The notes beneath the pieces were generated by a model that worked only from the letters and a program-made list of their open reading frames with translations, was not told the DNA's origin and ran no database searches. Below, piece by piece: positions 10,290 through 15,892 of a DNA stretch of 15,892 nt; the first letter of the stretch is position 1, and every line of letters starts with the position of its first letter. This DNA comes from Octopus sinensis (taxonomy: Eukaryota), in contig NW_021825838.1 of NCBI RefSeq assembly GCF_006345805.1, forward strand, positions 1 through 15,892, in the 5' to 3' direction. A program made the translations under genes and the position numbers.

Positions 10290-10991
10290 ATGAGAAAAGA
10301 GATGAGATCATATGACTGTGATATCTGTACAAAGTCGTTCTCTTGGAAAAGTAACCTAATTATGCACAAACATACACATACAGGTGAGAAACTGTATCAT
10401 TGTGATATCTGTGGTAAATCATTCTCTCAAAGTAGTCACTTATCTACACACAAATATATTCATACAGGAGAGACACCCCATCACTGCGATATTTGTGGTA
10501 AATCATTCTCTCAAAATACAGCCTTAACAGAACACATACGTATTCATACAGGAGAGAAACCTTATCATTGTGATATCTGTGGTAAATCATTATCTGAAAA
10601 TTGTGACTTAACCAAACACATACGTATTCATACAGGAGAGAAACCATATCATTGTGATATCTGTGGTAAATCATTATCTGAAAATTGTGACTTAACCAAA
10701 CACATACGTACTCATACAGGAGAGAGACCTTATCATTGTGATGTCTGTGGTAAATCATTCTCTCAAAATACAGCCTTAACAGAACACATACGTACTCATA
10801 CAGGAGAGAGATCATGTTATTGTGATATTTGTGGTAAAACATTTTCTGAAAGTACTGCCTTAAGAAAGCACAATCGTATTCATACAGGAGAGAAGCCATA
10901 TCACTGTGTTATCTGCGGTAAATCATTCTCTGCAAATAGTAACTTCATGAGACACAAACTGATTCATACAGGGGTGAAAGGAAAAGGGTAG
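10290..10991 (+). CDS. C2H2 (Kruppel-type) zinc-finger protein with 8 tandem fingers
   Basis: Eight CxxC-x12-HxxxH units joined by TGEKP-like linkers. The first in-frame ATG is at 10290 (alternative 10302); the ORF-track start at 10272 is TTG. No effector domain is seen, and expression cannot be judged from the sequence. Confidence 0.9.
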   Translation: MRKEMRSYDCDICTKSFSWKSNLIMHKHTHTGEKLYHCDICGKSFSQSSHLSTHKYIHTGETPHHCDICGKSFSQNTALTEHIRIHTGEKPYHCDICGKSLSENCDLTKHIRIHTGEKPYHCDICGKSLSENCDLTKHIRTHTGERPYHCDVCGKSFSQNTALTEHIRTHTGERSCYCDICGKTFSESTALRKHNRIHTGEKPYHCVICGKSFSANSNFMRHKLIHTGVKGKG

Positions 10992-11009
10992 TCTCTAGTT
11001 TCTTGGTTG

Positions 11010-11423
11010 CTATACTCTTTACTCTCTTTTACTCTTTTTCTTGTTTCAGTCATTTGACTGCGGCCATGCTGGAGCACCGCCTTTAGTCGAGCAAATCGAC
11101 TCCGGGACTTATTCTTTGTAAGCCCAGTACTTATTCTATCGGTCTCTTTTGCCGAACCGCTAAGTGACGGGGACATAAACACACCAGCATCGGTTGTCAA
11201 GCAATGCTACGGGGACAAACACACACACACAATTTACAGGCACACATATATATATATACATATGTATACGAAAGGCTTCTTTCAGTTTCCGTCTACCAAA
11301 TCCACTCACAAGGCATTGGTCGGCCCGGGGCTATAGCAGAAGACACTTGCCCAAGATGCCACGCAATGGGACTGAACCTGGAACCATGTGGTTGATAAGC
11401 AAGCTACTTACCACACAGCCACG
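11010..11423 (-). mobile_element. tRNA-derived SINE (octopus-type) with an internal (CA)/(TA) microsatellite
   Basis: The minus-strand head gtggctgtgtggtaag...ggttcagtccc shows A-box and B-box-like motifs at about 11365-11423. The microsatellite is at 11219-11268, and the tail is an (AAGAGTA)-like repeat at 11011-11040. Confidence 0.8.
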
Positions 11424-11692
11424 TTAATATTCCTGTGTTTCATGCAATGTAAATTATGACTAAAATATTTACAAAAATTTCAGATTTTCTTTGTTTTGTT
11501 TTTGCAATATTCATCTCCTCCTCCTCCTCCTTTCTTGACCACTCATGTTCTTTCCTTGCCATGGTCTAAGGAACTCTTATACCGAATCTCCTCCCCTGAC
11601 CACCCCTACACATTATTCGTTCTTGAATATCGCATCCTGTAATCACAGCATATTTTATTGTTTGTTGTATTTTAAAAGATTCACTCATTAAA

Positions 11693-12040
11693 TCATCATC
11701 ATCATCATCATTTAACATCCGCTTTCCATGCTAGCATGGGTTGGACGGTTTGACTGAGGTCTGGCGAACCAGGCTCCAATCTGATCTGGTAGAGTCTCTA
11801 CAGCTGGATGCCCTTCCTAGTGCCAACCACTCCAAGAGTGTAGTGGGTGCTTTTTATGTGCCACCAGAACTGAGGCCAGGCAAGGTTGGCAATGGCCACG
11901 ATCCAATTGTGCTTTTTACATGCCACCGGCACGGAGGCCAGTCGGGGCAGCGCTGGCAACGGCCAAGTTCGGATGGTTCTCTTACATGCCACCAGCACTG
12001 GTATTACAGCTACAATTTCCATTGATTTTGATCGATTTCG
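11693..12040 (-). mobile_element. RTE-related SINE/LINE 3' region with (GAT)n tail and internal 60-67-bp repeats
   Basis: (CAT)n at 11693-11711, then tttaacatccgctttccatgctagcatggg...ctggatgcccttcct. The motif tta(c/t)(a/g)tgccacc recurs at about 11854, 11916 and 11982. Confidence 0.7.
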
Positions 12041-12135
12041 ATTTATCTCTTATATGAAGTATTTCTGGCCCTAACTCTCATTTGTCCCTTTATCTTTCAG
12101 TATATTGCTATCGATATTACACACATTTTATCTCT

Positions 12136-12245
12136 TCATCATTTAACGTCTGTGTTCCATGCTGGCATGGGTCAGACGGTTTAACAAAGATCCAGTGTGT
12201 TGAGGACTGCATTGTTCTTCAGTGTCTTCTATGGCAGGATATCCA
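12136..12245 (-). mobile_element. Shorter, diverged copy of the same RTE-related 3' end
   Basis: tcatcatttaacgtctgtgttccatgctggcatgggtcagacggttt resembles 11706-11750. Confidence 0.6.
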
Positions 12246-12264
12246 CTTTACACACTGTATTGCA

Positions 12265-12850
12265 AAATAATAATAATGAAATTATTGTATACAGTGCACA
12301 GGTGCACCACAACTTGTCAAAAAGTGCACCTAAAGTCTGGAAAGCAAACAATGTATGAGTCAGATAAATGCTTGTGTGTGTATGGAGGGGAGAAAATCAG
12401 GTGTAGTGTTGGCGAACCTCAGGAAGTTTTGAAGGATGCAGTGCTCCGACAACTAACAACTGATGCCGGCAGTTTGTTCCATGCTTCAGCAACTCTTAGT
12501 GTGAAATAAATGTTTCCGAAAGTCATGGAAGGATCTATGCTGTTTTCTGACTTTGTAAAGATGTCCACGGGTGTTAGACAGGTGGAGTTTGAAAAGGTGC
12601 TCAGAGTTATTGTTTGTAAGATGGTTAATAATTTTATGGGTGTCTGCCAAGTCAGCTGCCAGACGTCGGAGTTTCAATGTATCCTTGCCCAGGGATGTAA
12701 GGCATTCAGAATATGGCAAATACCTAATGGAGTGTATTCATTTGGTTGCACGTCGCTGAACGGCTTCCAGACGATTAATATCCTGGGCAAGATAGGGGTT
12801 CCAGACCGGTGATGCAAATTCCAGGTGCGGTGTTCTTTACTCATGTCACT
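12265..12850 (-). mobile_element. CR1-like LINE 3' fragment with (ATT)n tail
   Basis: The minus strand encodes WNPYLAQDINRLEAVQRRATK...LPYSECLTSLGKDTLKLRRLAADL...NTRGHLYKV...FRKH (CR1 ORF2 C-terminus, with frameshifts). The tail appears as aataataataatg at 12266, and the family is the same as 2909-3220. Confidence 0.88.
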
Positions 12851-13041
12851 GGCACAACTGAGGGCACATTGTAGCTCACAAGTAAACAAACCCAGGGAGG
12901 GAATATGTTGCCACTACAAGGTAAGTAAGGTTAAGTCTATGAGAGAAGGGTTTGAAGCAGATCAGATTGTTGTGAAGGAGCTGTATGGCTAATCACATAT
13001 AGGAGGAAAAGTCGGACTGAACTAGAGGTATCTCTGAGGAT

Positions 13042-13258
13042 GGTTAGCACACCGGGCGAAATGCTTACCGGTATTTTGTCTACTGTTACGTTCTGAGTTC
13101 AAATTCCACTAAGGTCGACTAAGCCTTTCATCCTTTCGGGGTCAATAAATTAAGAACCAGTTACGCACTGGGGTCGATATGATTGACTTAATCCGTTTAT
13201 CTGTCCTTGTTTGTCCCCTCTATGTTTAGCCCCTTGTGGGTAGTAAAGAAATAGGTAT
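13042..13258 (+). mobile_element. SINE (octopus-type), 5' end missing
   Basis: Contains a B-box-like gagttcaaattcc, the central gcctttcatcctttcggggtcaataaattaagaaccagt...ggggtcgat block and a taaagaaata end. It is flanked by an imperfect direct repeat (aggtatctctgaggat / aggtatccctgacgagat). Confidence 0.75.
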
Positions 13259-13271
13259 CCCTGACGAGATT

Positions 13272-13490
13272 AGGCATCGGGGTGGACCTTGAGGCAGCAG
13301 GTGGGGGTAGTCATGGTCCGCTATTGTGGGTGGAAGGGAGGTTGGCAACATTTGTAACACTTGAGGGAAAGGGGTCTGAACTAGAGGTGTCTCTGAGGAT
13401 ATAAGGCATCGGGGTGGACCTTGAGGCAGCAGGTGGGGGTAGTCATGGTCCGCTAGTGTGGGTGGAAGGGAGGTTGGCAACATTTGTAAC
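13272..13490. repeat. G-rich tandem duplication, period 132 bp
   Basis: aggcatcggggtggaccttgaggcagcagg...caacatttgtaac occurs at 13272 and 13404, and ctgaactagaggt(a/g)tctctgaggat occurs at 13017 and 13376. Confidence 0.88.
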
Positions 13491-13496
13491 CCAAAC

Positions 13497-15421
13497 GGTT
13501 AATATAGGGCGTAACAAATATCAGAAAATCAAAAAAAAAATGTGTGTAATAGGTGTAAAACAACTTCCTATGAACGAATATGAAAAAAAAAATTCGCGCA
13601 CGCGAAAGGGGGGTGGGGGAGAGTCCTCGGAAAATTCACATCGGGAAGTTCCGAAAGCGTCTGAGGGGCTGACCCGGGCACCAAAACAAAAAAAAAATAG
13701 TGTAATATGTGTAAAACAACTTGCTCTAAACGAATATGAAAAAAAAATGCTCTCTCGCGAAGAGGGGTGGGGGAGAGGCCTCGGAATATTTATATCGGGA
13801 ATTTCCGAAAGCGTCTGAACCGGGCACAAAAACAAAAACAAAAACAGCGTAATAGGTGTAAAACAACTTGCTCTAAACGACTATCATGAAAAAAATGCGC
13901 GCTCGCGAAAGGGGGGTGGGGGAGAGGCTTCGGAAATTTCACATCTTCAGTCCACGGCCTTTAAACTAAGAAAAAATAGTGTAATTGGTGTAAAACTACT
14001 TGTTCTAAACGAGTATCAAGAACACACACTCACACATGAATCATAAACTCCGTATTTCGCAAAAAAAAAAATAAAGAGAAGAAATTCTGGAAAAAGTGAA
14101 GAAATGTTGGATCTCATTCCTTGGTTAAAGCTATTTTAAACATTAAATTTATGCTTTTCTTTGAAATAGTTCAGATATATGCAATTCTTCTCACTTATTA
14201 AGATGCATTTATCAGAAAAAAAGAGACAGAAAAAATTATTATTTGTTGTCAATCCTTCCCTAATTATCCTTTATTAATTAGTTTTGGCGTGTATTTTTTT
14301 CCCAAATTTTTTTTTCACCTTTACAACACTGTTTAGTAAAGCAATTAATTATCTTTATAATTTGCATATTTGACTTATTAATCAAAATTCTCTAGATGTA
14401 ATATATACTAAGTAATGCATCCTTCATTTATGTGTTCCGTTCTGTATTATGCATGCATGACTGTTTGTATGTAAGTGTGTTTAACTGTGCACATGAATGT
14501 GAATATTAAAGAACATATTTATTTACTATGATTGTTATTTTCAGAACAAATAAATCTTTTGGCTGTTATGTTATTGATGTTATTATTATTGCTAGTTAAA
14601 GGGTGGTGACTTGGCTGAATATTTTGAGTCTTGTAGTATGTAGTTGTGTTAGTCAATATTCTGAGTTCAAATCCAACTCATTTCTTTATCATCATTATCG
14701 ATGGACCACTCAAAGAGGTATGTATACATTATCATTTTCGTAACATAATTTCTGTAGTATTTCAAGATGTTTCTGACACGTATTTTGATTCACATGGCGG
14801 AGATCCAACATTTCTTCACTTTTTCCAGAATTTCTTCTCTTTATTTTTTTTTTTGCGAAATACGGAGTTTATGATTCATGTGTGAGTGTGTGTTCTTGAT
14901 ACTCGTTTAGAACAAGTAGTTTTACACACAATTACACTATTTTTTCTTAGTTTAAAGGCCGTGGACTGAAGATGTGAAATTTCCGAAGCCTCTCCCCCAC
15001 CCCCCTTTCGCGAGCGCGCATTTTTTTCATGATAGTCGTTTAGAGCAAGTTGTTTTACACCTATTACGCTGTTTTTGTTTTTGTTTTTGTGCCCGGTTCA
15101 GACGCTTTCGGAAATTCCCGATATAAATATTCCGAGGCCTCTCCCCCACCCCTCTTTCTCGAGAGTGCATTTTTTTTTTCATATTCGTTTAGAGCAAGTT
15201 GTTTTACACATATTACACTATTTTTTTTTTGTTTTGGTGCCCGGGTCAGCCCCTCAGACGCTTTCGGAACTTCCCGATGTGAATTTTCCGAGGCCTCTCC
15301 CCCACCCCCCTTTCGCGTGCGCGAATTTTTTTTTTCATATTCGTTCATAGGAAGTTGTTTTACACCTATTACACACATTTTTTTTCTGATTTTCTGATAA
15401 TCGTAACGCCCTATATTAACC
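13497..15421. mobile_element. Foldback-like non-autonomous DNA element: about 620-bp inverted arms (13497-14115 and 14800-15421) around a 684-bp AT-rich spacer
   Basis: The arms are near-exact reverse complements from GGTTAATATAGGGCGT to gaaatgttggatctc. Each arm holds about three and a half 130-155-bp subrepeats (gtaat.gtgtaaaacaactt at about 13546, 13702, 13849, 13981). There is no transposase ORF. Confidence 0.85.
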
Positions 15422-15430
15422 TTTGTTCCT

Positions 15431-15892
15431 ACAGTTTATCTCAGAAATGAATCTGTATTTTTTAAGTAGCCTCTACATTTTACGCCGTTGTTTCTCTATA
15501 ATTTCAGAACATCAGATGACAGAAGAAGAATCCTAAATATCTACAAGGTTTTAAAGACTAAAGGAAAATATTATAGAAAACCGTTTCTACAAATTTGAGG
15601 AAGAATTCTTGTGAAACATTTGCTCTGAAATAATATTTTAGTCAAATTTCTAAACATCACAGACTATTGTGTCAAGAACTGGAGCATATGTGCCACTGGA
15701 ACTTGGATAAATTTAGGGATGTTTTGCTAAACAAAGACAACAGTAGAAGGAAATAGAGGAGAGAAGTGTAAGGAATAAAGTATAAAAACAAGAGCAAGAA
15801 AAATATATCAACTGGGATTTGAGAGGAAAAGAAATAGGAAAGAGAGAGAAAATTATTGAATTGATTTTCCCCTGAACACATGAGAAAATAGA
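15431..15892 (+). other. Intron end, splice acceptor (AG at 15506-15507) and 5' part of the exon of a second paralogous ZNF gene; fingers expected beyond the window
   Basis: Colinear similarity with 5214-5307 joined to 9985-10302 (ttaaagactaaaggaaaata; aaaatatatcaactgggatttgagaggaaaa; ttgattt(t)cccctgaac.catgagaaaa). Confidence 0.85.

Noticed and set aside
10444-10899. 151-aa repetitive ORF on the minus strand
   Set aside because: It is the antisense shadow of the 84-bp zinc-finger repeats.
11350-11423. tRNA gene
   Set aside because: The A/B-box-like head continues into a SINE body and tail, and I could not build a convincing cloverleaf.
10964-12270. Short ORFs over the SINE and RTE-related elements
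   Set aside because: They are chance frames in non-coding repeats with no recognisable domains.
13414-15397. Mirror-image ORFs of 91-134 aa
   Set aside because: They derive from the inverted, internally repeated arms; they are low complexity with no transposase motifs.

Overview
Eukaryotic, AT-rich, repeat-dense DNA, most likely from an octopus-like cephalopod C2H2 zinc-finger (ZNF) gene cluster (inferred from the [15 protein letters not shown] finger style and the SINE/RTE repeat types; not verified). There is one intact-looking 8-finger ZNF ORF (10290-10991, +) and the start of a second paralogous ZNF exon at the right edge (about 15430-15892). The main feature is a 4.2-kb array of 30 x 140-bp units (5330-9523). 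Each unit is the last 140 coding bases of a 5'-truncated, minus-strand RTE-type LINE (5308-9975). That LINE sits between 9-bp target-site duplications (GTGACAGAA), 17 bp inside the ZNF exon, and the paralog at about 15507 shows the empty site. A neighbouring RTE fragment shows the same kind of 3'-end reiteration (3 copies). Also present: a 1.9-kb foldback-type structure with about 620-bp modular inverted arms, CR1-like 3' ends in opposite orientations, tRNA-type SINEs, a Merlin/IS1595-like transposase remnant and decayed reverse-transcriptase fragments. Most ORFs in the supplied track are repeat artefacts.
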